Positions 46,448 through 57,996 of a stretch of DNA of 64,000 bases are shown piece by piece; the first letter of the stretch is position 1, and the number at the start of each line of letters is the position of its first letter. This DNA is from Bdellovibrionales bacterium (GTDB taxonomy: Bacteria > Bdellovibrionota > Bdellovibrionia > Bdellovibrionales > Bdellovibrionaceae), in NCBI GenBank assembly GCA_031370005.1, contig JANMPT010000028.1:64001-128000 (forward strand). The letters are read 5' to 3'. A program made the translations under genes and the position numbers. A model generated the notes under the pieces. It was given only the letters and a program-made list of their open reading frames with translations. It was not told where the DNA came from and did not search any database.

Positions 46448-47709
46448 TTTTTAGATCCCATTTTTTTGCGACCGCCACCAAAGTGACGCTTTTTCGGGCC
46501 ATAACCACCTTGTCTTTTTTCCATCGCAGCCTTTGCCTTACCAACACTTGTGACAGGGGCACTCTGGCTTTCTGCTGAGTGAAAAGGGTGATCTACGATC
46601 ACGGTCACTGTTTGACGAGTCGTTTTCTCAATCGCGTACAAATAAGATTTTTCTTCCGCCGTGCAAAAGGCAATCGACTTTCCTTCAGCTCCGGCACGAG
46701 CCGTACGACCAATGCGGTGAACATAACTATCGGGCAGATGCGGAAGCTCAAAGTTGATTACGTGACTAATTCCATCTATATCCAAGCCGCGAGCAGCGAT
46801 GTCTGTTGCGACCAAGACTCGAATTTTGCCACTGCGGAATTCCTCTAGCGCCCTTTGACGAGCCCCTTGCGACTTATCCCCATGGATACCAGCTGTTTGA
46901 AAACCTTGCTTGAGAAGTTTTTCAACGATGCGATTGGCACCATGTTTCATCTGCATAAAGACCAAAACTTTGTTCAAACTTCGATCTTTCAAAAGATGAA
47001 TCAACAGATCAAGTTTTTTACTTTTATCAACAAACATCACGGACTGTTCAATTTTCTCCGCTGTAGTAGCCTGCGGAGTCACCTCTACTTTACGAGGCTC
47101 ATGCAAAATGCGAGTTGCCAATTGCTGAACCTCACTTGGCATCGTCGCCGAAAAAAACAAATTATGACGTTTTTTTGGAAGCAAGGGAACGATGCGCTTA
47201 ATATCTTGAACAAAGCCCATATCCAGCATGCGGTCGGCCTCATCAAGAACAAAAATTTCAATTTTATCCAGACGCAAATGCCTTTGCCCAAAAAGATCCA
47301 TTAAACGACCAGGGGTTGCCACAAGCACATCCAGGCCGCCGGCCAGCTCACGAACCTGATTTCCTTGTCCAACACCGCCAAAAATTACAGAGTGTTTCAT
47401 TTTTAAATGCTTGCCGTAGGTTACCAGGCTCTGGTGAATTTGGATTGCTAGCTCGCGGGTTGGAGTCAAAATCAAAGCCCTGGGGCACTTAGGCTCACGA
47501 CGAATATGATTTTTTGCTAAAATTTGCAATATCGGCAAACAAAAGGCAGCGGTTTTGCCCGTTCCAGTCTGTGCCACTCCCAAAAGGTCATGCCCTTCAA
47601 GAATCAAGGGAATCGCCTGTACTTGAATGGGGGTTGGGGTTTCGTAACCAGCGTCTTTAAGAGACGCAAGAAGAGGAGCCACTAAGGGGAGATCAGTAAA
47701 TTTTGCCAT
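46444..47709 (-). CDS. rhlE: DEAD-box RNA helicase, RhlE-like
   Basis: AQTGTGKT, PTRELA, DEAD, SAT and HRIGRTAR motifs. Confidence 0.88.
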   Translation of the reverse strand: MAKFTDLPLVAPLLASLKDAGYETPTPIQVQAIPLILEGHDLLGVAQTGTGKTAAFCLPILQILAKNHIRREPKCPRALILTPTRELAIQIHQSLVTYGKHLKMKHSVIFGGVGQGNQVRELAGGLDVLVATPGRLMDLFGQRHLRLDKIEIFVLDEADRMLDMGFVQDIKRIVPLLPKKRHNLFFSATMPSEVQQLATRILHEPRKVEVTPQATTAEKIEQSVMFVDKSKKLDLLIHLLKDRSLNKVLVFMQMKHGANRIVEKLLKQGFQTAGIHGDKSQGARQRALEEFRSGKIRVLVATDIAARGLDIDGISHVINFELPHLPDSYVHRIGRTARAGAEGKSIAFCTAEEKSYLYAIEKTTRQTVTVIVDHPFHSAESQSAPVTSVGKAKAAMEKRQGGYGPKKRHFGGGRKKMGSKK

Positions 47710-47734
47710 TGGCTATTCTTTTAGCAATAGCAGG

Positions 47735-48388
47735 CTAGGATTTCAATAAGTCGATAGCTTTTTTGTAATCATTGCGAAAGATATAACTTCCAGCGACCAA
47801 AACATCCGCATCTTTACAGTACGCCATGGTCTTTTCGTTCACGCCACCGTCAACTTCAATTAAGTAAGTGTGTTTGCGCTGCTCACGCACCTCTCGAAGA
47901 ATTTTCATTTTTTCTACCTGATCCATCATGAAGCTTTGCCCGCCAAAACCCGGCTCAACCGTCATGACAAGAACAAGATCTACTTCGGATAAATAAGGCA
48001 TGATTTCATCAAAGGAGGTTCCTGGTCGCAGTGTGATCCCCGCTTTGGCCCCCAAGTTACGAATTTGCCTCAAAACTTCCCGTGGCTTCTCGGTCGCCTC
48101 CACGTGAATCGTTAAATAGTCACTGCCCGCCCTGACGAACTGTTCAACATATCGCTCAGGCCTCTCTATCATAAGGTGGACATCTAAAGGCAAGGTGCTT
48201 ACTTTTTTAAGTGATTCCACAACCGGAATTCCGATGGTCAGATTCGGCACAAAGTGACCGTCCATGACATCGACATGAACCCAGTCAGCACCGGCTAAAG
48301 CAATTGCCTTAAGTTCACTTTCAAGATTAGCAAAATCCGCTGACAAAATACTTGGCGCAATAAGCTTGGGTATAGTTTTAGGCGCCAA
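47735..48388 (-). CDS. rpe: Ribulose-phosphate 3-epimerase
   Basis: IAPSILSADF, HVDVMDGHFVPN, MTVEPGFGGQ and VDGG motifs. Confidence 0.96.
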   Translation of the reverse strand: MAPKTIPKLIAPSILSADFANLESELKAIALAGADWVHVDVMDGHFVPNLTIGIPVVESLKKVSTLPLDVHLMIERPERYVEQFVRAGSDYLTIHVEATEKPREVLRQIRNLGAKAGITLRPGTSFDEIMPYLSEVDLVLVMTVEPGFGGQSFMMDQVEKMKILREVREQRKHTYLIEVDGGVNEKTMAYCKDADVLVAGSYIFRNDYKKAIDLLKS

Positions 48389-49328
48389 AACGGTCTCCTG
48401 ACTTCAGAGAATGCCCTTTAAGAAAATCTTTCACCATCATCCGTTTGCGAGACTCCGGCTGCACTTCGTAAATATTCAAAGCTCCTGATCCACACTGAAT
48501 AGTAATAAATTCCTGATTCACATCAAGCACGACTCCAGGCTCAAGATGTGTCCCAGATATTTCGCTGACTTTTGTTTTATGGATTTTTAATTTCTTAGCA
48601 GCCTCCAAAGTATAAGTTCCTGGCCCCATGGTCAGCGCCCGAATCTTATTGTGTATTTCCACGGCCGTTAGTTTCCAATTAATTTCACTTTCCGTCTTTT
48701 CAATTTTATAGGCATAAGTCACTTGAGATTCATCCTGAGGATGTGGCACTAAATTGCCGCGTAAATAGTCCATTAATTCCACGCGCAAAAGATCGGCTCC
48801 CAGAACTGCAAGTTTGTCATGCAATTCCATCGCCGTGATTTCATCATCCAATGGAAACCGGCGAATTCCGATGATATCACCAGCGTCCAATTTTTTTACA
48901 ACTTTTTGCAAGGTGACCCCAGATTCCTTATCGCCAGCCTCAATACCTCGCTGAATGGGAGCCGCCCCTCGCCAGCGCGGCAAAACACTGCCATGAGCAT
49001 TCACAGCTCCAAAGGGAAACATATCAAGAAATTCCTGGGTAAGAATTTGACCAAAAGCTACGACAACTGCAACTTCAGCTCCCCACTTTTTAATTTCTGC
49101 AAGAATCAACGGACTTTTTTTCAAAGTTTCAGGAGAGATCACCCGCAAGCCACGGGCCACAGCTAGGTTTTTCACGGGACTTGGAGTCAGTTGCATTTTA
49201 CGACCTGCCGGCCGATCCGGCTGAGTTACAACTCCAACAATTTCAAAGTGATCGTCCTCGATCATAGCTTTTAAAGAAATTGTCGCAAAATCTGATGTTC
49301 CAAGGAAACAAACACGAACTTTACTCAC
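48378..49328 (-). CDS. fmt: Methionyl-tRNA formyltransferase
   Basis: VVTQPDRPAGR and NAHGSVLPRWRGAAPIQ motifs; adjacent to def. Confidence 0.96.
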   Translation of the reverse strand: MSKVRVCFLGTSDFATISLKAMIEDDHFEIVGVVTQPDRPAGRKMQLTPSPVKNLAVARGLRVISPETLKKSPLILAEIKKWGAEVAVVVAFGQILTQEFLDMFPFGAVNAHGSVLPRWRGAAPIQRGIEAGDKESGVTLQKVVKKLDAGDIIGIRRFPLDDEITAMELHDKLAVLGADLLRVELMDYLRGNLVPHPQDESQVTYAYKIEKTESEINWKLTAVEIHNKIRALTMGPGTYTLEAAKKLKIHKTKVSEISGTHLEPGVVLDVNQEFITIQCGSGALNIYEVQPESRKRMMVKDFLKGHSLKSGDRFGA

Positions 49329-49927
49329 ACTTTAACGCTTTCTGCTTCCTCTTCTTCAACTTCTTCAACATCTTTTTTGTCTGGGTAACCGTATTTTTTG
49401 ATTTGATTCTTAATCCTGTTGCCCTTGATAAAACTCAAGTGATCAATGAATAAGGTGCCCTCAAGATGATCCATTTCGTGCTGTATGCAAATCGCTAACA
49501 GACCATCAGACTTTACCAGAATCTCTTCGCCTTTTTCATTTAAAGCTTTGATCTCGACGTATTCAAAGCGCTCAACTGTTTCGTAATAACCAGGAAGACT
49601 AAGACAGCCCTCATCAAAGGTAGTTTTGCCCTCACCCTTAACAATTACTGGATTAATCAATACAAGTGGCTGGGTGATAGCTTGCTCTAGTTCCGTCATT
49701 TCGTCGTACTTATAGCGACGGCCTACTTTGTCCCGAGGCCGAGTATCAACAGCAAGCATGCGAATAAGTTCACCTACTTGCGGAGCTGCCAAGCCAATGC
49801 CCTGTGCGGCATACATTGTCTCAATCATATCCGCAGCAAGCTTCGTATGCTTGGCTGTGACTTTGTCCACAGCTTTAGAAACTTCACGTAAACGTGGGTC
49901 TGGGAATTTTAAAATTTCGAGAATCAT
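49325..49927 (-). CDS. def: Peptide deformylase
   Basis: GIGLAAPQVG, EGCLS and QHEMDHLEG motifs. Confidence 0.97.
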   Translation of the reverse strand: MILEILKFPDPRLREVSKAVDKVTAKHTKLAADMIETMYAAQGIGLAAPQVGELIRMLAVDTRPRDKVGRRYKYDEMTELEQAITQPLVLINPVIVKGEGKTTFDEGCLSLPGYYETVERFEYVEIKALNEKGEEILVKSDGLLAICIQHEMDHLEGTLFIDHLSFIKGNRIKNQIKKYGYPDKKDVEEVEEEEAESVKV

Positions 49928-49981
49928 ACTTCGACCTCCGTGACGGCCTGCATCTTGGCTCTAAATAGCGGTAATACCTGA

Positions 49982-51061
49982 TTATCTCTTAAGTCGCAAC
50001 ATAAAGAAATAGGCAAGACCACCCATCAATAGGTTAGGCGCCCAGGCGGCAAAAATAGGGCTTAAATGCCCATGAGTCCCCAAAGTTATGAAGGAACTAA
50101 GAAGTATCCAATAGGCAAATACCAGGGCAATGACGATTCCAACATTCATCATTGTACCCCCTGAGCGGGCTTTTCCCACGCTAAATGGGATTCCAAGAAG
50201 GCACATAACCAGGCCCGCGAAGGCAAAGCTATACTTGGAGTAATAATCGACCTCGTAACGAACGGTATCAAGGCCGGCCTCTTTATTGCGCTCAATAAAC
50301 CTAGAGAGCTCTGTTTGATTTAGCATATCCGAAGTTTGACCTGAGGAGCGAAGGTCCTTTGCGTCTTCGTCCATGGCGATTTTCTTGGTTTTAAATTGAC
50401 TGGTTAAAGGGAAACTCGAGTTGCCAGTGAAAAGAGTCACTGACCCATTAATCAGATTCCATGAGGAGCCCCGCAGCTCAACATTATCTGCCGTGATCAT
50501 CTGTAACAGATCCCAATTAGGACTAAAAAAATACAAGGTCAAGCTTTGTGCTGTGTCCCCCTGAAGACTTAAAGTCTTAATGTTAAAAATGGCATTTTTC
50601 GAACGATACCAAATTTTATTGGTCTTCACGACTGAGAAAAGTGAGGGTTTCTTTTCGATATCATTATACAAAATAAAATTCTTTTTCCGTGCCATGGCCG
50701 GCCCCACACGATCCATGGTGACAAATACCACAGCTGAAATCACCATTACCCAAACCAATAAAGGAAGAGTAATTCGAAATAAACTCAGGCCCGAAGCAAA
50801 AAGCGCCACAAGTTCATTGGCTTTATTCATAGAGGAAATCGTCAAAATTGTGCCCAGCAAACAAGCGATGGGTAGCATCTTATTGAAAATTTCAGGCACA
50901 TAGTAAATATAAAAATTAAATAAAACAGAGAGCGATAGCCCCTTGTGACTGACCATTGTAGACATCGCATCCACTGCAAGAAAAATCGTTACGAAGACAA
51001 GGCTGCCGCCAATAAAAAAAGCCCAGAATAAGCCAGAGACGTAACGATCGATTCGATTCAT
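49982..51061 (-). CDS. lptG: LPS export permease LptG/LptF family
   Basis: 'IDRYV', 'NELVALFASGLS' and 'AAWAPNLL' motifs; 3+3 TM layout. Confidence 0.8.
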   Translation of the reverse strand: MNRIDRYVSGLFWAFFIGGSLVFVTIFLAVDAMSTMVSHKGLSLSVLFNFYIYYVPEIFNKMLPIACLLGTILTISSMNKANELVALFASGLSLFRITLPLLVWVMVISAVVFVTMDRVGPAMARKKNFILYNDIEKKPSLFSVVKTNKIWYRSKNAIFNIKTLSLQGDTAQSLTLYFFSPNWDLLQMITADNVELRGSSWNLINGSVTLFTGNSSFPLTSQFKTKKIAMDEDAKDLRSSGQTSDMLNQTELSRFIERNKEAGLDTVRYEVDYYSKYSFAFAGLVMCLLGIPFSVGKARSGGTMMNVGIVIALVFAYWILLSSFITLGTHGHLSPIFAAWAPNLLMGGLAYFFMLRLKR

Positions 51062-51109
51062 AAAACTATTATTGTTGACTCAAGACTAAATTCCTACTTT
51101 ACTTTGCTT

Positions 51110-52159
51110 ATGGCTTTACGCGTCTTATTAGCAGATGAAAGTTCCACCATAAAACGAGTTATGCAATTGGCCCTTCAAGATTTTAGTGTGGAGGTAAGGT
51201 CTGTTGCTGTGGGCCTTGATGTTTTGGAGGCAACAAAAGCCTTCAAGCCCGACGTCATTTTCGCCGATGTGCTTTTAGCCAAACGAAATGGCTACGAAGT
51301 CTGTGCGGAAATTAAAGCTGATGCAGAGACCAAAAATATTCCCGTCATTTTGATGTGGAGTAGTTTTATGGAAGTCGATGAATCCAAAATCTCTATGGCA
51401 GGCCCGAACGCCCGCCTTGAAAAACCCTTCGATGCCGAGGCTCTTCGCAAACTAATTCAGGATCTAGTACCAAAAACTCAAAACAACCCGATCAGCTCAT
51501 ATTTACAATTTCCAAAAATGCCGGAATTCAAAGAGGCCTCTATGCCGCCCCTCTCATCTAGGGCCTCAGAACCCAAAGCTTCAGGAAAAATTCCGGATAC
51601 TACTCCGGTGAATTTTGATCAATTTGACCCGACAGCAGCAGAAGATGAAGGCCTCTACAATATTCCTGAAGACGGCACAATCTCTGGTGTCGCTCGCCCA
51701 GATAAGAATCTTATGAAAATAACATCAGACGAAGAGTTCACATCTGTCCCCTTAACCTCCTTTCAGCAAAAAAACCAACTTGAAAAAGACGATGGATGGC
51801 TGAACCAAGATTTGAAGAAATTCAAAATTAAAATGCCAACTGAAGACGCTAGTCCCACAAATGATGATGATTTTGCTAAGAAGTTTGTCATTCCACAGGA
51901 TGATCTTGATAATGCGCACATTAAAGCTGATGGTGAGTTCGAAGAAATTCACTTTGGCAAAGATGAAACTAGAATTCAGATCACCCCTCGGCCCAATGCC
52001 ACATCCCAAACAACACCGGACATAGAAATGATTGAGCGAGTCATTCGCGAAGAAGCTCGAGAAGTCATTGAAAGTATCTGCTGGAAAGTGATACCAGAGA
52101 TAGCTGAACGAATCGTCCGGGAAGAGATCACTAAAATCCTCCGCGACGTCGAAAAATAA
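51110..52159 (+). CDS. romR: RomR-like response regulator
   Basis: N-terminal receiver 'VLLADESSTIKRV', acidic/Pro-rich linker, C-terminal 'EVIESICWKVIPEIAERIVREEI' resembling the RomR C-domain. Confidence 0.75.
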   Translation: MALRVLLADESSTIKRVMQLALQDFSVEVRSVAVGLDVLEATKAFKPDVIFADVLLAKRNGYEVCAEIKADAETKNIPVILMWSSFMEVDESKISMAGPNARLEKPFDAEALRKLIQDLVPKTQNNPISSYLQFPKMPEFKEASMPPLSSRASEPKASGKIPDTTPVNFDQFDPTAAEDEGLYNIPEDGTISGVARPDKNLMKITSDEEFTSVPLTSFQQKNQLEKDDGWLNQDLKKFKIKMPTEDASPTNDDDFAKKFVIPQDDLDNAHIKADGEFEEIHFGKDETRIQITPRPNATSQTTPDIEMIERVIREEAREVIESICWKVIPEIAERIVREEITKILRDVEK

Positions 52160-52192
52160 AACTAGATTTAATTAAAATTAGATGAGGTTGCT

Positions 52193-53017
52193 ATGACTCT
52201 TATAGAATTGATCCGTGCAGCAATCAAAGAGGACATGCCATCTGGTGATGTAACCACAGAGGCCTTGGCTTTAAAACCTCGCCAAGGACGCTCTCGGTTA
52301 AAAGCTAAGGAAGACCTTGTCCTCTCAGGCGCCATGGCTTTTGAACAAACCATACTAAACCTTGAGCCTAACTGCAAAGTGAAGTGGCACTTTGAAGAAA
52401 GCGATTTGGTTTTAAAAAACCAAATTATCTGTACGGTTGAAGGCGATCTTGTCCAAATCCTGAAAGCCGAACGCGTTGCTTTGAATTTCCTGGGCCATCT
52501 TTCAGGTATTGCCACCATCACTCGCCATTTTGTCAATGCCCTTAAAGGCACAAAGACCCGGATTCTAGACACTCGTAAAACCACACCTGGATTTCGCGAG
52601 CTTGAAAAAAAAGCTGTAGTTCATGGTGGAGGCCTTAATCACAGAATGGATCTTTCTACGGCAATTTTAATTAAAGACAATCACATTGCAGTCATGAAGG
52701 GTATTGCGGCAGCTGTCAGCCGAGTGCGCGAACATAGCCAACTGCCAATTGAAGTTGAGGCAACAGACCTCGAAGATGTAAAAGCCGCTGTGGCCCAAAA
52801 GCCTCAACGTATTCTTCTCGACAATATGGATAACGATACCTTGAGAAAATCTTGTGCAATTATCCCTGATGAAATTGAAACTGAAGCCAGCGGCAATATG
52901 ACTTTAGACCGCGTCCGTTCTGTTGCCGAAATCGGCATTGATTTTATTTCTGTGGGTGCCTTAACGCATTCTGCTCCCTGTGCCGATGTGAGTTTAGTTT
53001 TTGACTGGGAGAACTAA
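52193..53017 (+). CDS. nadC: Quinolinate phosphoribosyltransferase
   Basis: ERVALNFL, DTRKTTPG, LIKDNH, ILLDNM and EASG motifs. Confidence 0.95.
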   Translation: MTLIELIRAAIKEDMPSGDVTTEALALKPRQGRSRLKAKEDLVLSGAMAFEQTILNLEPNCKVKWHFEESDLVLKNQIICTVEGDLVQILKAERVALNFLGHLSGIATITRHFVNALKGTKTRILDTRKTTPGFRELEKKAVVHGGGLNHRMDLSTAILIKDNHIAVMKGIAAAVSRVREHSQLPIEVEATDLEDVKAAVAQKPQRILLDNMDNDTLRKSCAIIPDEIETEASGNMTLDRVRSVAEIGIDFISVGALTHSAPCADVSLVFDWEN

Positions 53018-53772
53018 TGCAAGATACTCCCTTAATCGATATTCGCCTGGGGACAATTACAAAAAAATGGGCTGAAAACAATCATCTCTTTGTTCAGTAT
53101 GAAGCGATTATGACCAGCACCAATGATCGCGCCAAAGAGCTCGCCTTTGATGAATCCCTTCTCAAGGAAGGGCTATGTCTGTTTTTAACGGACCAACAAA
53201 CAGCGGGTCGCGGTCGGGGGAAAAACCTTTGGCTAGGATCAAAACCCGGAAGCATGCTGCTAAGTTCTTGGAGCTATTTACTCAATGTTAAGCCCCAACC
53301 AACCACGTCCTGCCTTGTAGGTCTTGCGGTTTACCGCGCGCTTTCAACAACTTGGCCTTTTCTGAACTGGAACCTCAAAGCTCCGAATGACGTCTACATT
53401 GGTGATAAAAAAATCGCTGGTATTTTACTAGAATCCATAATTCAAGGGGATGAAGTCCGTCTAATTTTAGGCATTGGAGTCAATGCACTGTCATCTCCAG
53501 AGGAAATAAATACTTCGAGTTCTATCTTAAAGTCTCTTCCTTCCGGAGTTCCACTTCTCGGGCAAGATTGGACAGCATGCTTGGATCGCTTGATATTTGA
53601 AATGACCGATGCGGTCTCTCATTGTGAAGATCCGCTGAGCCCCTCAGATCAGCGATCTCTATTGATGGCTTTAAATGCGCACCCTTTGCTAAAAGAAAAA
53701 TATATAGGACTCGAAGCTAATGGCACTTTGATTATGAATAGTGGCAAAAAAATCAAATGGCAGGAGATTTAA
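53017..53772 (+). CDS. birA: Biotin-protein ligase (no N-terminal HTH)
   Basis: STND, QTAGRGRG, KAPND and KIAGILLE motifs. Confidence 0.9.
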   Translation: MQDTPLIDIRLGTITKKWAENNHLFVQYEAIMTSTNDRAKELAFDESLLKEGLCLFLTDQQTAGRGRGKNLWLGSKPGSMLLSSWSYLLNVKPQPTTSCLVGLAVYRALSTTWPFLNWNLKAPNDVYIGDKKIAGILLESIIQGDEVRLILGIGVNALSSPEEINTSSSILKSLPSGVPLLGQDWTACLDRLIFEMTDAVSHCEDPLSPSDQRSLLMALNAHPLLKEKYIGLEANGTLIMNSGKKIKWQEI

Positions 53773-54321
53773 ATGGCGCTCACAACGACACCTTACCCGG
53801 AAATCGGCTTAGATTGCCCTGACTTCACCTTGCCCGCAGTGGATGGGAAGACGTATTCGCTAACAGATTGTGCTATGGGAACTCCTTTGGTTGTGATGTT
53901 TATTTGCAATCACTGTCCTTATGTTAAGGCTATCGAAGACCGTTTGATTCAACTAGGTCATGATCTTAAGGCTTTGAACGTGCCTGTGCTTGCGATTTGC
54001 TCTAATGATGAAAAAACTTATCCAGAAGATAATTTTGAAAATCTCAAAAAACGATGGAAAGAAAAAGCCTATCCCTTCCCCTACCTTCATGACAAAAATC
54101 AGCAGGTCGCAAAACACTTTGGTGCTCTTTGCACGCCTGATTTTTTCGTTTATGACCGTCAACATAAGCTGGCTTATCGTGGACGCCTTGACGATTCTTG
54201 GAAAGAGCCAAGCAAGGTGACCCAGCGTGAACTCTTTGAGGCAGTGAAACTCTTGGCCAGCGAAAAGCCCGCCCCACAACAACAAATCCCTTCAATGGGA
54301 TGTTCCATTAAGTGGCTGTAA
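53773..54321 (+). CDS. Thioredoxin-family (AhpC/TSA-like) protein
   Basis: FICNHCPYV, CTPDFF, YRGRLDD and SMGCSIKW motifs. Confidence 0.9.
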   Translation: MALTTTPYPEIGLDCPDFTLPAVDGKTYSLTDCAMGTPLVVMFICNHCPYVKAIEDRLIQLGHDLKALNVPVLAICSNDEKTYPEDNFENLKKRWKEKAYPFPYLHDKNQQVAKHFGALCTPDFFVYDRQHKLAYRGRLDDSWKEPSKVTQRELFEAVKLLASEKPAPQQQIPSMGCSIKWL

Positions 54322-54322
54322 T

Positions 54323-54877
54323 ATGAGACTATTAAGAAGTTTATTGATCGCTATTTTTTTGGTTATACTCACTATCGGAGCTTGGTTGTTTTACTACTTA
54401 GGCGCCTTCAAACCTGTCGACATTACAGAAATACAAAAAGCGCCGATGAAAATGATCTACAAAGATCATACAGGCTCATATCATAAAATTGTGACCGTGA
54501 TTGAAGAGGTCGAGACTTGGGCAAAAACTCATAATATCGACTGTACCGAATCTTTTGGTGAATATATTGATGATGCCACTGTAGTTGAAGAACCTCGCCT
54601 GCGCAGCCGCGGAGGCTGTATCGTAAAAGACTTACCTGTGAATCTTCCCAAGGATTTCAAAACCCGCGAAATACCAGCACGTAAATATGTAATGGCAATT
54701 TTCGATGGCTCACCTGGTATTGGCCCGATGAAGGTGTACCCAAAAGCCGAAAGCTATATGCGTAACCACCAACTCACAATGGATGGATCAGTGATTGAGA
54801 TCTATGTCGTCCATTCAAAAAAAACCATGACAACGACATATCTCTTCCCTCTAGCTGAGGTCCCCCAAACTCACTGA
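54323..54877 (+). CDS. Membrane-anchored GyrI-like domain protein
   Basis: N-terminal TM; 'HTGSYHKI', 'RSRGGC', 'MKVYPKA' and 'IEIY' motifs. Confidence 0.7.
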   Translation: MRLLRSLLIAIFLVILTIGAWLFYYLGAFKPVDITEIQKAPMKMIYKDHTGSYHKIVTVIEEVETWAKTHNIDCTESFGEYIDDATVVEEPRLRSRGGCIVKDLPVNLPKDFKTREIPARKYVMAIFDGSPGIGPMKVYPKAESYMRNHQLTMDGSVIEIYVVHSKKTMTTTYLFPLAEVPQTH

Positions 54878-55605
54878 ATATCGTACTGAGCCGTTACCTC
54901 AACACGGACCTTCACCTGACCAGCCATGATCTCTGTGTTGGCCCCGCCGCCGGCATCATAAGCCATAGCCTTCATCATGCCACTTCTTATAGGCATTGGA
55001 CTATTACTGGCTGCAACTCCGTGACTAAGCATCGAAACGCCTTTGATTTTTACATTTGCCGCTTTTGCGAGCTCATCAGCCTTCAGGCGTCCATTTTTAA
55101 CCGCATCACCTAGGGCGGCCAGCTCCAACTGCTGGCGCTTATCCGTGTCCCATTGAATTGAGTTTACATTCACACCGGAACTGTTTTTAGTAGCAGACAT
55201 CACCACAGAATCTAGGAGTGCGCCCAGCTCCTCAGTTTTTTTCAAAGTTACTCTCAACGTTTGTAAAGCCTGGAAGCCCACCATTTTATTTTGTTGGGTT
55301 TTCTGATCATAAATGTATTCGGGATTCAAAGAGTAGTTCTCGGTCTGTATGTCTTCTTTTTTAATTTTGAAAGCATCCAAAGTCTTTTTAACTTTTTGAA
55401 ACTCAGTAGCATTGAGGCTCTGCGTCTGCTTGGCACTGGTCCCTTTACTCCACACCTCGATGTTAAGAGAAACCAGATTTGGCTCCGCAGTCTTCTCAGA
55501 AAAACTCGAGACCACGATAAACCTTTCTTCTGCAAAACTTGTCGCGGACATCGCAAATGAAAAAACTAGGCCAAGTGCCACAAAAAAACTTCTGAAACTT
55601 TTCAT
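54871..55605 (-). CDS. SIMPL (DUF541) domain periplasmic protein
   Basis: Signal peptide; '[12 protein letters not shown]', '[13 protein letters not shown]' and '[13 protein letters not shown]'; ATG overlaps the aconitase stop. Confidence 0.85.
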   Translation of the reverse strand: MKSFRSFFVALGLVFSFAMSATSFAEERFIVVSSFSEKTAEPNLVSLNIEVWSKGTSAKQTQSLNATEFQKVKKTLDAFKIKKEDIQTENYSLNPEYIYDQKTQQNKMVGFQALQTLRVTLKKTEELGALLDSVVMSATKNSSGVNVNSIQWDTDKRQQLELAALGDAVKNGRLKADELAKAANVKIKGVSMLSHGVAASNSPMPIRSGMMKAMAYDAGGGANTEIMAGQVKVRVEVTAQYDIQ

Positions 55606-57878
55606 AAAACTCCCGCTGTTTTTATACGAATTAAGTTCAATGCGGAGCCTGCCTTGAACCAATTGATTTGCTCAGCGATATAGCTATGTTTCAACTCGAT
55701 GGTCTCTTTTGATCCATCTTTATGTTTGATTTCCATTTTCACGCTTTTACCAGGAGCCATGTTCGCCAAATCAAGCAAAGACACATGATCATCTTCTTTG
55801 ATTTTTTCGTAATCCGCAGGAATCGCGAAAGTCAGAGCCAAAACGCCTTGTTTTTTTAAATTGGTCTCATGGATACGCGCAAAGGACTTCGTCACTACCG
55901 CCGTACATCCCAAAAATCTAGGCGACATTGCTGCATGCTCGCGAGAGGAACCTTCGCCGTAATTCTCATCTCCGATGATCACCCAGCCTTTGTGGGCTTT
56001 TTGATACTCACGAGCGATTTTTGCAAACTCTTGGCCGGTTTGGCCAGTGATTTGGTTTTTACCTTTACCGATTTCAGCTGTGAAAGCATTATCAGCACCC
56101 AAAAGCATATTGTTAGAGATATTGTCCAAGTGACCGCGGTATTTCAACCACGGACCACCGGGGCTGATATGGTCCGTTGTACATTTGCCTTTTGCTTTGG
56201 CAACCACCAGTTGGTCAACGAAATCCCGACCATCCCATTTCGTGAATGCTTGCAACAATTGCAAGCGATCTGACGTTGGGCTCACCGCCACTTTTGCAGT
56301 ACTGCCTTCTGGCTTTTGATAACCTTCGGTGTCTGGAACAAAGCCTTTTGCTGGAAGCTCAGGAGCCTCCGGTGCCTTCAATTTCACTTTGCCTTTTGGC
56401 GTCTCAAGCTCATCTAACAACGGATTGAAATCCAAGCGGCCCGCCAACCCCAAAGCCATCACTAATTCCGGAGAGCCAATAAATGCCAAAGTCTCAGGGT
56501 TCGAATCATTACGACCACGGAAGTTACGGTTGAAAGAAGTCACAATTGTGTTCTTCTCGCCGTTTTTGACATCGTCACGTTTCCATTGGCCTATGCAAGG
56601 ACCGCAGGCATTAGCCAAAACCGTGGCACCCACTTCGTTCAAAATAGCCATTTGACCATCCCGCTCGATGGTATTTTGGATTTGCGTAGACCCGGGACTT
56701 ACTAAGAACGGCTGTTTCATTTTCACGCCGTTATCCAAAGCCTGTTTTGCCACAAAGGTCGCGCGACCGATATCTTCATAGGAAGAGTTCGTGCAAGAGC
56801 CCACCAGTGCTGAAGACAATCTTGTTGGCCAACCCCTTTCCACAGCTTCTTTGGCAATCGCAGAGATCGGGCGAGCAATATCGGGAGAATGAGGTCCCAC
56901 CAAGTGGGGCTCCAAAGCCGAAAGATCAATTTCATATACTTCGTCATAATATTTTTTAGGATCTTGAGCCACCTCAGGATCTGCCGTGAGAAGATCCATA
57001 TTTTGATCAGCCACTGCCGCAAGCTCTGCCCGGGCTGTGGAAGCCAAATAGGCTTTCATCCGTTCGTCATATGGAAACACCGAGCAGGTGGCCCCGAGCT
57101 CGGCCCCCATATTTGTGATTGTACCTTTACCAGTGCAGGAAATGGATTTCGTGCCCTCGCCAAAGTACTCCACGATTTTGTCCGTTCCACCTTTTACCGT
57201 AAGCATTCCACACAGTTTCAAGATCACGTCTTTGGCTGAAGTCCAACCGTTCATTTTACCTTTAAGGTGAACACCAATAAGTTTTGGATTTTTTACTTCC
57301 CATGCAAGACCTGACATGACGTCAGAAGCATCAGATCCCCCCACGCCAATCGCACACATTCCCAAACCACCTGCATTCGGCGTATGAGAGTCCGTTCCAA
57401 TCATTAAGCCCCCTGGGAACGCATAATTTTCAAGGATCACCTGATGGATGATCCCAGCTCCCGGTTTCCAGAAACCAATATTGTAACGTGATGTGGACGT
57501 CGCTAAGAAGTTGAAAACTTCTTCATTCACTTTGTTTGAAGACGCCATGTCTTCGACTTTGCCATGATAAGCCTGGATCAAGTGATCACAGTGAACTGTT
57601 GAGGGAACAGCGGCCTCTTCTTTTCCTGCCAGCATAAATTGCAAAAGCGCCATCTGGGCTGTTGCATCTTGCATCGCTACGCGGTCAGGACGTAGCTGCA
57701 AAAAAGAAGAACCACGAACAAGCTCTTGATTTTGTGGATCATCTAAGTGCCCGAAAATAATTTTTTCCGCCAAAGTCAACGGACGGTTAAGGCGCTTACG
57801 AACAATTGCCAAGCGCTCTTTAGATTTTGTGTAAACATTTTTGACCATTTCTGGAGTGGTCTCGATTTTTGCCGACAT
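55602..57878 (-). CDS. Aconitate hydratase, mitochondrial-type (short AcnA-like)
   Basis: [48 protein letters not shown] and GSSREHAA motifs. Confidence 0.92.
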   Translation of the reverse strand: MSAKIETTPEMVKNVYTKSKERLAIVRKRLNRPLTLAEKIIFGHLDDPQNQELVRGSSFLQLRPDRVAMQDATAQMALLQFMLAGKEEAAVPSTVHCDHLIQAYHGKVEDMASSNKVNEEVFNFLATSTSRYNIGFWKPGAGIIHQVILENYAFPGGLMIGTDSHTPNAGGLGMCAIGVGGSDASDVMSGLAWEVKNPKLIGVHLKGKMNGWTSAKDVILKLCGMLTVKGGTDKIVEYFGEGTKSISCTGKGTITNMGAELGATCSVFPYDERMKAYLASTARAELAAVADQNMDLLTADPEVAQDPKKYYDEVYEIDLSALEPHLVGPHSPDIARPISAIAKEAVERGWPTRLSSALVGSCTNSSYEDIGRATFVAKQALDNGVKMKQPFLVSPGSTQIQNTIERDGQMAILNEVGATVLANACGPCIGQWKRDDVKNGEKNTIVTSFNRNFRGRNDSNPETLAFIGSPELVMALGLAGRLDFNPLLDELETPKGKVKLKAPEAPELPAKGFVPDTEGYQKPEGSTAKVAVSPTSDRLQLLQAFTKWDGRDFVDQLVVAKAKGKCTTDHISPGGPWLKYRGHLDNISNNMLLGADNAFTAEIGKGKNQITGQTGQEFAKIAREYQKAHKGWVIIGDENYGEGSSREHAAMSPRFLGCTAVVTKSFARIHETNLKKQGVLALTFAIPADYEKIKEDDHVSLLDLANMAPGKSVKMEIKHKDGSKETIELKHSYIAEQINWFKAGSALNLIRIKTAGVL

Positions 57879-57996
57879 AAGAGCCTCTTTCGAGTTGATT
57901 TAATTAACATAATTTTGACGTTTTTCATGTTAATGAGAATCATCTGAAAGCTCAATCCTTAGAATGGCTTACGCAAAGGGTCGATGTCGGCTGATC

